Source of the DNA: a virus
Reading direction: 5' to 3' (one strand)
IMG/VR virus record: IMGVR_UViG_3300035557_000069
Length of the DNA stretch: 64,000 nucleotides
Made by a program: the position numbers and the translations under genes
In this document: piece by piece, positions 20,804 through 29,146 of the stretch
Numbering within the stretch: position 1 is the first letter of the stretch
Layout: the number at the start of each line of letters is the position of its first letter
The notes under the pieces: generated by a model
Seen by the model: the letters and a program-made list of their open reading frames with translations, nothing else
What the model was told of the DNA's origin: nothing
Database searches by the model: none

Positions 20804-22905
20804 TGGCCGATAACAAACTCAAGTTCAAGACAGCTAAGGAATTTAACGAGTTCCTTAGTAGACTCCCCGAAGCAAACAGAGAGAAGATTCTGGAGCAACT
20901 CAATGAAGAGAAGCCCTCGGACTCTCCTGTTACTCCGCCTGTTGATCCTGTTAAACAAGAAATCGATAGCCGTATGGAACAAGTCAGAGAAGAAAAGACT
21001 GCTATGTTTCGTGAGAAGGGTATCATCGGTGAAACGGAAGAACTGTCGGATGACTTGATTAAAACACTCATGGGTGTTCCAACAACGGAGTCAATGGCAG
21101 CCATCGATGACTTGGTCCGTGCGGCTGAGAACCGAATGGCGACCTACGATGATTATGTTGCAGAGACTTATAAGAAAGCGAATGAACATCTTCGTGAGCA
21201 AGGCGTTATTAGTGAGGACGAAACGTACACCCCCGAACAGATTAGAGAGTTGGTTGGCTTCAAGGAACGCACTACAGAGATAATGACTGAGGGTGAAAAG
21301 GAAACGATAACAGAGAAAACGATTGAAAATACTGCTGAGAAGATTGTTGAGAAGGTATTCCAGAAGGAACAAGGTAAAAAGCAGAAAGAAGAGAAAGAGC
21401 GCAAGTCTTTATCCCTAGAGGACCTCCAACAGGAACTTGTAGCACTAGAACGCAGACGCTTAGAAGGTGTTTCTGATGTTGCGGCAAAACGCGAGGAAGC
21501 TGTTATCGGTGAACCCAAGAAGAAAGGTGCTAAACAGTATCTAAAGAATGTTGCCCGCGGGTTCTTCATGGGTGAAGAGTATGCCGATAAGAAAGAAAGA
21601 CAAGCCAAGGAAGCCCAACTAGAAAAGAACAAGCTTGACAAGTTTGTGGAGATTGAACAGTCATTTAATCCAACTGCAACAAGAGAAGAGTTGGAGAGTA
21701 AGTATAATAGACAGAATGAAATAACCAAACAACTTGAGGAAAAAGACAAGGAAATTTCCGAGTATAGTAAACTCGGCGTGGGTGATGAGGACTTAAAGCA
21801 AACTAGAGCATACAAGGAAAAGATTGCACTGTCCAAAGAGATGGCAGAGATGGGTACAAAGACGTTCTCCCAATTTGCCAAGAAGAGTGATAAGGAACAG
21901 TATTACGAAGACCTCCAGAGTAAACTTCAACCAACAGAGGAAGAGAAAACAGAAGCAGAGGTAGACGCTCAAGAAAATCTTGAAGTTCTAAAAGAGCAGA
22001 CAGAGATTAGTGGAGAGCAACTGGAACTCTTCAAGGAAGAGACAGAGAAAAACGATGTGTTTCGAACCGCGATGTTGGCAGCCCTGGCGGGTGGTGTTTT
22101 ATCGGGAAACAATACACCGAGTGTCGATATTGACTTGCCTGGTAGCAAGAGTAAGAAGCCGGGTCTGTTGAGCAGAGCGGGTAATGCCATCAAGAGCGCC
22201 GGCAAAGGTGCCATGGGCGGCTTGACGAAGCTGGGTGGTCTATCGGGTGGTGGTGCGGCTATGGGAGCCGCGACATTAGCGGCTGGAGCGGCAGCAGGTT
22301 ACGGTGTTTATCAAGCAGGTCAGGCGGTCCTCACGGGAAGGTCAGACGTTGGTGACTGGTTCAAGAAAAACGTTTACGACTCTGGTAAAGTCACAGATAG
22401 CGAAAAGGAAGCAACGAAGAAAGCAGACATTGAAAAGCTTGAAAAGCTTAATGTGGAGAGACAAGCGCAAGGTAAGAAACCTCTTGACATTGACTATGAA
22501 ACGGGTATGGTAAAGTCTGGAGTATCTAGTATCACAGCGGCACCTACTGCTATTGATAAAAAGACAGGTAAAGAAACATCACTAACACCAACTAATGAAG
22601 TGTCCCAAGTGTCAACTACTCCAACGGGTCCTGCGGCATCCTCCGTTGTACCTGAACCCATTTCACCTGTTGGTCAAACTAAACCAATGCTTCAATCATC
22701 TGCAAAGTTAGCAGAGAGTACAGACCCATTGATTGGTGCTGCCGAGACGATTGGTAAAAACATCAAAGTAAACGTACCCGCACCGATTGTCCAAAACGCT
22801 GGTGGTGGGGGGAAAGATAGGGTGGTTAGTACACCATTCTCACAACGAATCAAAAATCAAGAACCATCCATCTCAACGTATATCCGAGAGAGATATCTAC
22901 CATAA
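20803..22905 (+). CDS. Coiled-coil, E/K-rich tail-length tape-measure-like protein (gp29-like hub/ruler), 700 aa.
   Basis: Long heptad-like E/K-rich helical region, then a hydrophobic segment (AMLAALAGGVLSG) and a Gly-rich C-terminus. It is the last gene of the plus-strand structural block. Confidence 0.5.
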   Translation: MADNKLKFKTAKEFNEFLSRLPEANREKILEQLNEEKPSDSPVTPPVDPVKQEIDSRMEQVREEKTAMFREKGIIGETEELSDDLIKTLMGVPTTESMAAIDDLVRAAENRMATYDDYVAETYKKANEHLREQGVISEDETYTPEQIRELVGFKERTTEIMTEGEKETITEKTIENTAEKIVEKVFQKEQGKKQKEEKERKSLSLEDLQQELVALERRRLEGVSDVAAKREEAVIGEPKKKGAKQYLKNVARGFFMGEEYADKKERQAKEAQLEKNKLDKFVEIEQSFNPTATREELESKYNRQNEITKQLEEKDKEISEYSKLGVGDEDLKQTRAYKEKIALSKEMAEMGTKTFSQFAKKSDKEQYYEDLQSKLQPTEEEKTEAEVDAQENLEVLKEQTEISGEQLELFKEETEKNDVFRTAMLAALAGGVLSGNNTPSVDIDLPGSKSKKPGLLSRAGNAIKSAGKGAMGGLTKLGGLSGGGAAMGAATLAAGAAAGYGVYQAGQAVLTGRSDVGDWFKKNVYDSGKVTDSEKEATKKADIEKLEKLNVERQAQGKKPLDIDYETGMVKSGVSSITAAPTAIDKKTGKETSLTPTNEVSQVSTTPTGPAASSVVPEPISPVGQTKPMLQSSAKLAESTDPLIGAAETIGKNIKVNVPAPIVQNAGGGGKDRVVSTPFSQRIKNQEPSISTYIRERYLP

Positions 22906-22910
22906 AGAGA

Positions 22911-22966
22911 AAGCCCCTGTGATTAGCAGGGGCTTTCGTTCTAGAAAAACATACTACTTTTTCTAG
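22911..22966. terminator. Bidirectional intrinsic terminator made of two adjacent hairpins. It sits between the convergent 700-aa gene (plus) and gp32 (minus).
   Basis: Hairpin GCCCCTG-tgattag-CAGGGGC is followed by TTTCGTTCT. Hairpin CTAGAAAAA-catactac-TTTTTCTAG follows it. The 22970 stop of gene 32 lies immediately to the right. Confidence 0.6.
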
Positions 22967-22969
22967 CTT

Positions 22970-23899
22970 TTAGTCTTCGTCAACAATCGACCTGAAGTAA
23001 GACATTTCATCATCAACATCCCCTTCATCAGAGGGAGTCACTGCCTGAGCAACGGGTTCAGCCTTAGCGCGAGCCTTGGGTTCCGCTTTGACTCGCTCTT
23101 TCTGAACGAAAGCGGGTGCATCATCTTCGTCCAGTGAGGTGTTTTCAGCACGAGGAACAGAGGTGCCCGAGAGAACCGAATCAAGTTTCTTTTTCAGTTC
23201 ATCGTAACTCTTGAAGTTCTTCGCATTGACCAACTCATTGAGGTCATGGCGGGCATTCATAACGTTGAGGATAGTTTCCTCATCATCAGAAATGGGACCT
23301 GGCGCATCGAATTCCGACTGGTCAAAGTTGGCATAACCTTCGACCTTGCGCATACGCAGACGGAAGTTGGCACCAGTGAAGGGATTGAAGATATCGCAAG
23401 GTTTGATATCTTCGAAGGCAGGAAGCATCTTGTCCTTGATTTTCTCAAAGACTTTCTTGCCATACTTGAAGATGAAGACCTTGCCTTCATTCTCGGGGTG
23501 TTTCGGGTCAGAAATGACCAGAACGTTGGAGTAGAAGGACAGCTTACGCTTACGCTGGCGCGCAATGTCCTTATCGGAGTCCAAGCCGCTGTTCCAAAGA
23601 GCGTTGCAATGCTCAACAACGGGGTCTTCTTTGTTGATGGTGGTGAGACAGTTTTCGATGTACCACTTACCAGTAGGACCTTGGAAGCCGTGAGTGTACA
23701 GCTTGACCCACGGATTATCTTCATCGTTGATAGCCGGGAGGAAACGAATAACGGCAGACCCGTTACCGGTCTTGTCGCCCTCAAGTTTCCACATGCGGGC
23801 ATCATCGTAGGAGTTGGTGCTGTTCTGCTTTTCGATTGCCTTAGCAATCTTTTCGAGGGAGGAAGTTTTGCGCATTGCGCGGAGTTGTGCTAGATCCAT
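22970..23899 (-). CDS. gp32: Single-stranded DNA-binding protein gp32, 309 aa.
   Basis: WKLEGDKTGNGSAVIRFLP...GKWYIENC...ENEGKVFIFKYGKKVFEKI and the acidic C-terminal tail (DEGDVDDEMS) match T4 gp32 (WKLKLDNAGNGQAVIRFLP...GKWYIETC...ENEGKVFKYRFGKKIWDKI). Confidence 0.9.
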   Translation of the reverse strand: MDLAQLRAMRKTSSLEKIAKAIEKQNSTNSYDDARMWKLEGDKTGNGSAVIRFLPAINDEDNPWVKLYTHGFQGPTGKWYIENCLTTINKEDPVVEHCNALWNSGLDSDKDIARQRKRKLSFYSNVLVISDPKHPENEGKVFIFKYGKKVFEKIKDKMLPAFEDIKPCDIFNPFTGANFRLRMRKVEGYANFDQSEFDAPGPISDDEETILNVMNARHDLNELVNAKNFKSYDELKKKLDSVLSGTSVPRAENTSLDEDDAPAFVQKERVKAEPKARAKAEPVAQAVTPSDEGDVDDEMSYFRSIVDED

Positions 23900-23965
23900 G
23901 TGTATTCTCTTTTCGCTTTAGTTTGTGGCATTACGCCTATTACGCTTTTTTTGAAACGCTTTGTA

Positions 23966-24124
23966 TTACTTGATTTTGTAAAGTAGTTCAAGGTCCTCTT
24001 CATCATAATCATTTTCGTCAAACAGTTTACCGCGTTTGGGCTGGTCCGCAAGCATACCTTTACCCGGTACGTTGAGGCAATGTTTACGCTTCTTATCGTA
24101 AACGTGCCCATCGTTCTTACTCAT
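23966..24124 (-). CDS. Small ORF of 52 aa (MSKNDGHVYDKKRKHCLNVPGKGMLADQPKRGKLFDENDYDEEDLELLYKIK) between genes 59 and 32.
   Basis: Read from the sequence. Its ATG overlaps the gp59 stop by 8 nt. Below the track cutoff. Confidence 0.3.
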   Translation of the reverse strand: MSKNDGHVYDKKRKHCLNVPGKGMLADQPKRGKLFDENDYDEEDLELLYKIK

Positions 24125-24722
24125 TTCCACTCCTTTCTTTCAGGACTCGCCTGAATTTTTGTTCATCAATCACGATGAAGGACTGGAGTTTCTTGATTTT
24201 CAGAAACTCTTTCTTCCAAAGAGGCAGTCCTTCCATCCACAACGGTATGAAGTTCATTAACCTATCAAGTATGGCGACCGTTTCAATATGTATCTTACCA
24301 CTGAGGGTAAGCTGAAATAAGGTTGGAACGCCGTTGACTTCAAATAAATCTTTGAACTCTCTGTTGTGGTCTTCACAATGTATATTTAGATAAACTATAT
24401 CATCTGAAAAGGTCTTCGTCAAGCTTTGTCTAATTTTCTGCCACTTGTTATGAAGACTGAATGCCCGGTCAATATCATTAAACGGATAGTCATTACCATA
24501 GGCAAAGTTGGCGACTAGAACACTAGCGACTTGTTGGGGATTGTCACACTTCTTTCCGAATGCGGCAATAAGAGATTTGTCATTGCGCTTCTCCAACTGC
24601 TCTTTATTGGCGTTCTTAAACTTCCCGTTGCCCTTCACCGCATCGAAGGACACAGAAGAGAAATGTGCCTTCAATGCCATATAAAGCTGGAGTGTTTTAA
24701 CGGGGTCGGTGGGCATTCTCAT
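24117..24722 (-). CDS. gp59: gp59, loader of the gp41 replicative helicase, 201 aa.
   Basis: MRMPTDPVKTLQLYMALKAHF, LVANFAYG and KIHIETVAILDRLMNFI resemble T4 gp59 (LRMP..KSVYKLYLMIKQH, LVANQDAW, IISFETFILLDSFLNII). Adjacent to gene 32, as in T4. Confidence 0.8.
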   Translation of the reverse strand: MRMPTDPVKTLQLYMALKAHFSSVSFDAVKGNGKFKNANKEQLEKRNDKSLIAAFGKKCDNPQQVASVLVANFAYGNDYPFNDIDRAFSLHNKWQKIRQSLTKTFSDDIVYLNIHCEDHNREFKDLFEVNGVPTLFQLTLSGKIHIETVAILDRLMNFIPLWMEGLPLWKKEFLKIKKLQSFIVIDEQKFRRVLKERSGNE

Positions 24723-25162
24723 TTGCCTAACTCATAGTCCTCTAGGTCTTCAAACTTGGCATCCATATATCTGATGATTTCAACCATATCTTCATCACCA
24801 GCGGCGATTGCACGATTGATGCATTCTTCAACCTCCGTGGGGACACAATAAAACTCTGTTCGCCACTGGGTGCTTAACCACTCTTTACGTCTAGCAACAG
24901 TCGTATTGGTAGCATCCAAGACTACAGTATCGTGTCCTGCTAGAAAGAGCGCACGAACCATATTCTTGGCCATCGCCCAAACCATGGGTTCAGCGGGAGC
25001 ATAAAACTTCTGCCCATGAAGCGCCACCCGGATTGAATCGGGATTGACGATGGGTACTCCTATTCTCTTTGAGATTGTTGATTTCCCAGAATACGGTAAC
25101 CCGACCATACAGATTAGTGTCTTGGTGAAGTAACCAAGTTCATCAACCTTTAGAACTGTCAC
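24719..25162 (-). CDS. P-loop NTPase, a small nucleotide/polynucleotide-kinase-like protein (AAA_33-type), 147 aa.
   Basis: Walker A motif GLPYSGKST near the N-terminus. Confidence 0.5.
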   Translation of the reverse strand: MTVLKVDELGYFTKTLICMVGLPYSGKSTISKRIGVPIVNPDSIRVALHGQKFYAPAEPMVWAMAKNMVRALFLAGHDTVVLDATNTTVARRKEWLSTQWRTEFYCVPTEVEECINRAIAAGDEDMVEIIRYMDAKFEDLEDYELGK

Positions 25163-25422
25163 ATATCCTCCAACGATGGTTGGGCACGAAGCATACCCAT
25201 TTCGGCAAACTCAATCGCCAGTTTATCTTTGAGTTGACGATTGACCAGTGTTGCTACCTTGTCATAGTCCACATCGTTGTTCTCACAGTACTCAATGAGA
25301 ACCGTCGAACAGTTGGACTTGGTCTTAATCGCTTGCTTCTCAATAAACAGACTGAAATCGTTAGGCGACTTGAACATTTTCTTTTTTGGTGTAGAAGTTG
25401 ATAAGGTCGATAGCTTCATCAT
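25159..25422 (-). CDS. Hypothetical protein. The true start is likely the internal Met at ~25377, which removes the overlap with the upstream ORF.
   Basis: ORF track. Overlaps the 90-aa ORF by 62 nt if the first ATG is used. Confidence 0.35.
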   Translation of the reverse strand: MMKLSTLSTSTPKKKMFKSPNDFSLFIEKQAIKTKSNCSTVLIEYCENNDVDYDKVATLVNRQLKDKLAIEFAEMGMLRAQPSLEDM

Positions 25423-25633
25423 ATTTTTGATATTCCTTCATCTTTGCGCGATATAGTTTCCATTCAGGAGTGTCCAATTTCTCCAGTGAAAGACGCCCGC
25501 TGTGGTCTTCGAGGAAGCGGTCAAAGAACTTGTCCAATTTACGGATTTCCGTCTGGAGTTCTTTCTTGAGGGTAAGCAGACACATACCCTTGTTCGCCAT
25601 AGTCTGAATCTGTTTCTCGAGGTCGTTCAACAT
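25361..25633 (-). CDS. Hypothetical protein, 90 aa.
   Basis: ORF track. Charged helical composition. Confidence 0.4.
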   Translation of the reverse strand: MLNDLEKQIQTMANKGMCLLTLKKELQTEIRKLDKFFDRFLEDHSGRLSLEKLDTPEWKLYRAKMKEYQKYDEAIDLINFYTKKENVQVA

Positions 25634-25701
25634 AATAAGTCTCCGTTAGATGTTGGTTATTTGATTTAAGTGTACAACACCATTAAACGAAAGTCAAGCG
25701 A

Positions 25702-26295
25702 TTAATTTAGGTCCTTGATGTGGTCAATGATACCGTAAGCCTTCGCTTCCTTCGGTGTCAAGTAAACATCGGTAGGAGGCAGAAGGATTTCACGGATTTT
25801 CTTTTCGTCCAAGCCAGTGCATTTCTTGTAATGCTCAATGACTTTTCTATCGGTAAGCTGAAACTCTTTCATAACTGCCAGCAGTTCGTGGTGCTTGCCG
25901 ATGGAGCCACCTGAGTATTGATGGGACATAATGGTGGTGTTATTAGTGCAGAAACGCCTGCCTTTAGAACCAGACATAACAATCATTGTACCAGCAGAAG
26001 CGATTTCACCCAGACCCACGGTGCTGATGGGGATATTGGAGCCGCGCATAATGTCAATGAGTGCCCAAGCCGCGGAGAGGAGCCCACCCGGACTACAGAC
26101 CAAGAGAGTCAGTGTTTCTGGTTTCTCTTCCGCAAAGTTTGCTTCGATGATCCACTCAATCGTGGGTTTTACCGTGTCATAATTTATTTCATCCATCAAC
26201 AGCGAGTAAGACTGCCCCGAGGGCTGAACGTTGAACATCTTTGCTATGTTTCCGAACATATGTCCAGATGATTTTGGTCGAATAGATTTGGTCAT
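25702..26295 (-). CDS. clpP: ClpP-like serine protease subunit, 197 aa.
   Basis: Catalytic-triad context: GEIASAGT (Ser), MSHQYSGG (His; compare MIHQPLGG) and EAKAYGIID (Asp region). Length is typical of ClpP. Confidence 0.7.
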   Translation of the reverse strand: MTKSIRPKSSGHMFGNIAKMFNVQPSGQSYSLLMDEINYDTVKPTIEWIIEANFAEEKPETLTLLVCSPGGLLSAAWALIDIMRGSNIPISTVGLGEIASAGTMIVMSGSKGRRFCTNNTTIMSHQYSGGSIGKHHELLAVMKEFQLTDRKVIEHYKKCTGLDEKKIREILLPPTDVYLTPKEAKAYGIIDHIKDLN

Positions 26296-26504
26296 TCGTT
26301 TTCCTTTATGATTTTGATAGCACGTTTCAGTACGTAGTTTTCTTCCGATAAGCGTTCACATCTATCTTCAAGATTACAAAGATGCCTGATGATGTTTTCA
26401 AAAGCCGCCTTGTCAATGGGCTTTCTTTTAAGAGCATTTTTTACATCAAAAATATCATCTTGTAGACTCATATAGTATTCCTTAATGTGTAATATAATGA
26501 GCAT
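26292..26504 (-). CDS. Hypothetical small protein, 70 aa.
   Basis: ORF track. Overlaps the clpP start by 4 nt. Confidence 0.35.
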   Translation of the reverse strand: MLIILHIKEYYMSLQDDIFDVKNALKRKPIDKAAFENIIRHLCNLEDRCERLSEENYVLKRAIKIIKENE

Positions 26505-26547
26505 AAAGCGGGTTTATGAGCATTATAATATACATTATGATTGGGCG

Positions 26548-26590
26548 GTAGAACTTCAATGGCTTTCGCCTCCATTCTACCGCCCCTATC
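26548..26590. other. Strong 11-bp inverted repeat (GGGCGGTAGAA ... TTCTACCGCCC) with a 21-nt loop.
   Basis: Read from the sequence between the tandem-repeat block and the start of the 70-aa gene. Candidate terminator or RNA element. Confidence 0.5.
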
Positions 26591-26639
26591 CTTGTCTTTC
26601 TTACGTATCAACTTCATACGACTTCGAAGACTTTTACTC

Positions 26640-26853
26640 AATAAGTTAAGTTATATTTTAGTTAGAGTGTGGTACTTCTCGCACACTGTTCAGCGAGTTA
26701 AGCTAGCCATAGTCGCGTTTCATAAGTGCCTCCATCACCAATTAGCAATAAGTTAAGTTATATTTTAGTTAGAGTGTGGTACTTCTCGCACACTGTTCAG
26801 CGAGTTAAGCTAGCCATAGTCGCGTTTCATAAGTGCCTCCATCACCAATTAGC
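26640..26853. repeat. Perfect tandem duplication of a 107-bp unit (copy 1 26640-26746, copy 2 26747-26853).
   Basis: Both copies are identical at every position I compared. Each unit contains the imperfect hairpin AGTGTG-gtacttctcg-CACACT and, on the minus strand, GGAGG-N6-ATG followed by a 6-codon ORF (MKRDYG*). Confidence 0.9.
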
Positions 26854-26887
26854 TTAGTGTTGAACGGATATGTGAAACAATCTGTCC

Positions 26888-27013
26888 TTAGGCAACCAAT
26901 GCCTTACATTTAGGACAGAGAAAGTTGTGACCACCACGGTCGCAATGAACCTGACCAATGTTACCCTTCCAACCACACTTCTTACACTCAATCTTTTCTT
27001 TTTCGTAACTCAT
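26888..27013 (-). CDS. Zinc-ribbon mini-protein of 41 aa (MSYEKEKIECKKCGWKGNIGQVHCDRGGHNFLCPKCKALVA).
   Basis: Read from the sequence. Two CxxC pairs. Its ATG overlaps the upstream stop (ATGA). Below the track cutoff. Confidence 0.35.
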   Translation of the reverse strand: MSYEKEKIECKKCGWKGNIGQVHCDRGGHNFLCPKCKALVA

Positions 27014-27345
27014 ACAACAGGCTCAACCTTCACGCTTAGAGTAATATCAACATAGTAATAAGTGGCAACATGACTACCAAATAAACCAACCTTTGCTTTC
27101 CAAGAACTAGCGCCTGGTTGATGGAAAAGTTCTGGCCACGTCTCTGGTATTAATTTATTAAGATTTGCCGCCGCCTTCACTTGAGCATCATCAAGAAAAC
27201 GTTTGCGTTCGGTTTCTTCCTGCGCTGTTAAAAACAGACCCCTCTTCTTAGGATATTCAACAGTGGGATGATGGAACTCGTTAATAGCCGCGACGACCTC
27301 GGGGATATGGTCGACAAACAGCTTATATCGCTTTTTGAGAATCAT
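27010..27345 (-). CDS. Hypothetical protein, 111 aa.
   Basis: ORF track. Confidence 0.45.
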   Translation of the reverse strand: MILKKRYKLFVDHIPEVVAAINEFHHPTVEYPKKRGLFLTAQEETERKRFLDDAQVKAAANLNKLIPETWPELFHQPGASSWKAKVGLFGSHVATYYYVDITLSVKVEPVV

Positions 27346-27515
27346 AACAGACCAGCCTTAATGTCTCTCTTTTTCAAGTCACGGGCAATCTCAACGTCAC
27401 ACCAGTGAAACGAATCGGGATCAGCAATTTCGATGACTCTTTTGAGAAAAGCAGTGGCGTTCGGAGAATCGGAGTACTTGTCAAGAGTGCTTTCGATATC
27501 GTAGTATTTCGTCAC
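27342..27515 (-). CDS. Small protein of ~57 aa that more likely starts at GTG 27515 (V-T-K-Y-Y-D...).
   Basis: AAAGGAG sits 6 nt upstream of an in-frame GTG and directly downstream of a PeSL-type promoter. The track's longer ORF (to 27566) would run across that promoter. Confidence 0.35.
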   Translation of the reverse strand: MTKYYDIESTLDKYSDSPNATAFLKRVIEIADPDSFHWCDVEIARDLKKRDIKAGLL

Positions 27516-27580
27516 TGGTTTCTCCTTTGGGTTTGTCTCAATCACAAATATACTATACAACACCAAACCAGAGAAGTCAA
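27516..27580 (-). promoter_or_regulatory. Early sigma70-type promoter cassette of the PeSL-like family: -35 TTGACT (27575-27580), 17-bp spacer, -10 TATAGT (27552-27557), conserved leader and SD.
   Basis: Minus strand reads TTGACTtctctggtttggtgttgTATAGTatatttgtgattgagacaaacccAAAGGAGaaacca-GTG. Confidence 0.6.
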
Positions 27581-27589
27581 CAGAAATCT

Positions 27590-28237
27590 TTACACACCGA
27601 ATCTTTTTTCGTACTCACGACGAAGGGATAGGAAGCCACCAATCCATGTGTCTCGGCGCTCTTGGAAAACTTGTGGTTCATCATCGTCAACAGCAATGAT
27701 GATGACAAGTTGATTGATGGGTTTGGCGTAGAGTTCTTCCCACATAACAGCATAGGCTGCCGCTTGCATAAAGTAGTGGTGAATGGTTTCCATCTTCTTG
27801 CGCTTCGTGGAGGTCTTGAAGTCAATAACAGACAGACGATTACCATACTGGGCAAAACAGTCCGCAGTACCAGCCGCACGAAGATACTTGGAATAGAGTG
27901 GAACTTCCAAGCCATAGACCGTGGTGATGTTATTCAGAACGGGTTTAATGGAGTTCCAAATCTCTCTGTCAAACATATTCGGCTTGACTTCATCGTTCTT
28001 TAGGTAAGACTCACAGAGGTTGTGGATACGGGTACCACGACTACCTGCGCGGGCACCAATCTTAGTAGCTTCCTCTGCACCAACACGTTCTTTCCATTCA
28101 GCAATAGAAGTCTCGTTGTGAATAGAGGTGATGGTTGTTACAGAGGGTAACAGAAGCCCCTCGCAGTCGTAATATCGCTTACCGTCTTGCTCCACTCGCG
28201 GTAATCTTTTTGCCTTGACGGGTTGATAATCAAACAT
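27590..28237 (-). CDS. PD-(D/E)xK nuclease of the RecB/Cas4-like PDDEXK_1 family, 215 aa.
   Basis: Motif LSVIDFKTS (compare IIDYKTG) and the C-terminal QAAAYAVMWEE Q..Y motif. Confidence 0.55.
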   Translation of the reverse strand: MFDYQPVKAKRLPRVEQDGKRYYDCEGLLLPSVTTITSIHNETSIAEWKERVGAEEATKIGARAGSRGTRIHNLCESYLKNDEVKPNMFDREIWNSIKPVLNNITTVYGLEVPLYSKYLRAAGTADCFAQYGNRLSVIDFKTSTKRKKMETIHHYFMQAAAYAVMWEELYAKPINQLVIIIAVDDDEPQVFQERRDTWIGGFLSLRREYEKRFGV

Positions 28238-28841
28238 TTAGAATCCTAAGAGCCTTTTCATAGATTTGTTGGCGATGGGGTAGACCGTTGGTACCACCGT
28301 TTATTCTCTTCGTGAGAAGAACGAAGTTACCAGAGTCACAGAGGGGATTCAGATTGTTAACTTCCCAGAACCACCCAGCACTTAGTATAGCATTCTCCGG
28401 TATCAAAAGCAAGTCGGGGTCTAAGACCAATCTATCGTCGCTGAACAAGTATGTGGAACATCTCCCATAGTTGTTCTTACCCGTTACTTGAAGTATTCCA
28501 CGACCACGATACCTATAACCATCCCCAGACTCAGGAGGACCGTTTCCCATACGATTTCCATAGACAAGATTACCTATCTTTGCTGGCTTTCTAGAATAGT
28601 CAGCCGCCATACCCTCGCTCTTGAAATACTTTGGGAAGACTCTCAATAGGGCTTGGGCAGAATAGTTCAAGTTCTCTTCCAGAACATTAAAGCCCGCGGA
28701 CTCATGACCACACTGAGCCAAGAATGCGGCAACTCTCTTTGGTGTATTGATATCAAAACACGAAAGAAAGCGTTCAAGTTCGGCAGACCAGATGCCGGGT
28801 TGTCTGCACTCAGGAAGAACTTCTGCTACCGGTATTTGCAT
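28230..28841 (-). CDS. Glycoside hydrolase family 19 lysozyme (chitinase-like), a candidate endolysin, 203 aa.
   Basis: GH19 signatures AAFLAQCGHESAGF and GRGILQVTGKNNY. Downstream of a TATAAATA late promoter. Confidence 0.7.
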   Translation of the reverse strand: MQIPVAEVLPECRQPGIWSAELERFLSCFDINTPKRVAAFLAQCGHESAGFNVLEENLNYSAQALLRVFPKYFKSEGMAADYSRKPAKIGNLVYGNRMGNGPPESGDGYRYRGRGILQVTGKNNYGRCSTYLFSDDRLVLDPDLLLIPENAILSAGWFWEVNNLNPLCDSGNFVLLTKRINGGTNGLPHRQQIYEKALRILNV

Positions 28842-29077
28842 TAGCTAAACCAGACCTTCTGGTCCTCCGCAACGTATTCATCATCGCAAGACGAATACTT
28901 GGTGTGTGTTGGTAACGCCATCAAAACATCACCAAGACATGGCTTGTATGTGTCTAGAGAACTATACCAGACATTCTGACAATCTCTACACTCAATCAAT
29001 TCTCTAGAAAATCCATCGGAATGAAGACTCAACACAACAGCCTTCGTACTACCACAATTTGGACAATTTACTACCAT
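28841..29077 (-). CDS. Zinc-ribbon protein, 78 aa.
   Basis: CPNCG ... CRDCQ pattern. It is the first gene after the late promoter at 29107-29114. Confidence 0.4.
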   Translation of the reverse strand: MVVNCPNCGSTKAVVLSLHSDGFSRELIECRDCQNVWYSSLDTYKPCLGDVLMALPTHTKYSSCDDEYVAEDQKVWFS

Positions 29078-29106
29078 CTTCTTTTCTCTCTTTCTCTTAT
29101 TATTTG

Positions 29107-29114
29107 TATTTATA
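29107..29114 (-). promoter_or_regulatory. T4-type late promoter TATAAATA (minus strand), ~29 nt upstream of the Zn-ribbon/GH19 lysozyme gene pair.
   Basis: Plus strand reads tatttata at 29107-29114. Exact match to the T4 late -10 consensus. Confidence 0.55.
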
Positions 29115-29116
29115 CG

Positions 29117-29141
29117 AAAAAGCGGGGGATTTCTCCCCCGC
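29117..29141 (-). terminator. Rho-independent terminator after phoH.
   Basis: Minus strand reads GCGGGGGA-gaaa-TCCCCCGC followed by TTTTTCG, 6 nt after the phoH stop. Confidence 0.7.
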
Positions 29142-29146
29142 TAGAG

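Noticed and set aside
21168-21881. 237-aa minus-strand ORF (also 20772-21104 and 21091-21372) inside the 700-aa plus-strand gene.
   Set aside because: It is antisense to an E/K-rich coiled-coil coding region and has low-complexity Ser/Leu/Phe composition. That is typical of a spurious antisense ORF.
23246-23893. Plus-strand 215-aa ORF, with the minus-strand 196-aa ORF 23257-23847.
   Set aside because: Both are alternative frames inside gene 32, whose product matches T4 gp32 convincingly.
26640-26853. Possible CRISPR array.
   Set aside because: There are only two identical 107-bp units with no intervening unique spacers. The repeat is far longer than CRISPR repeats.
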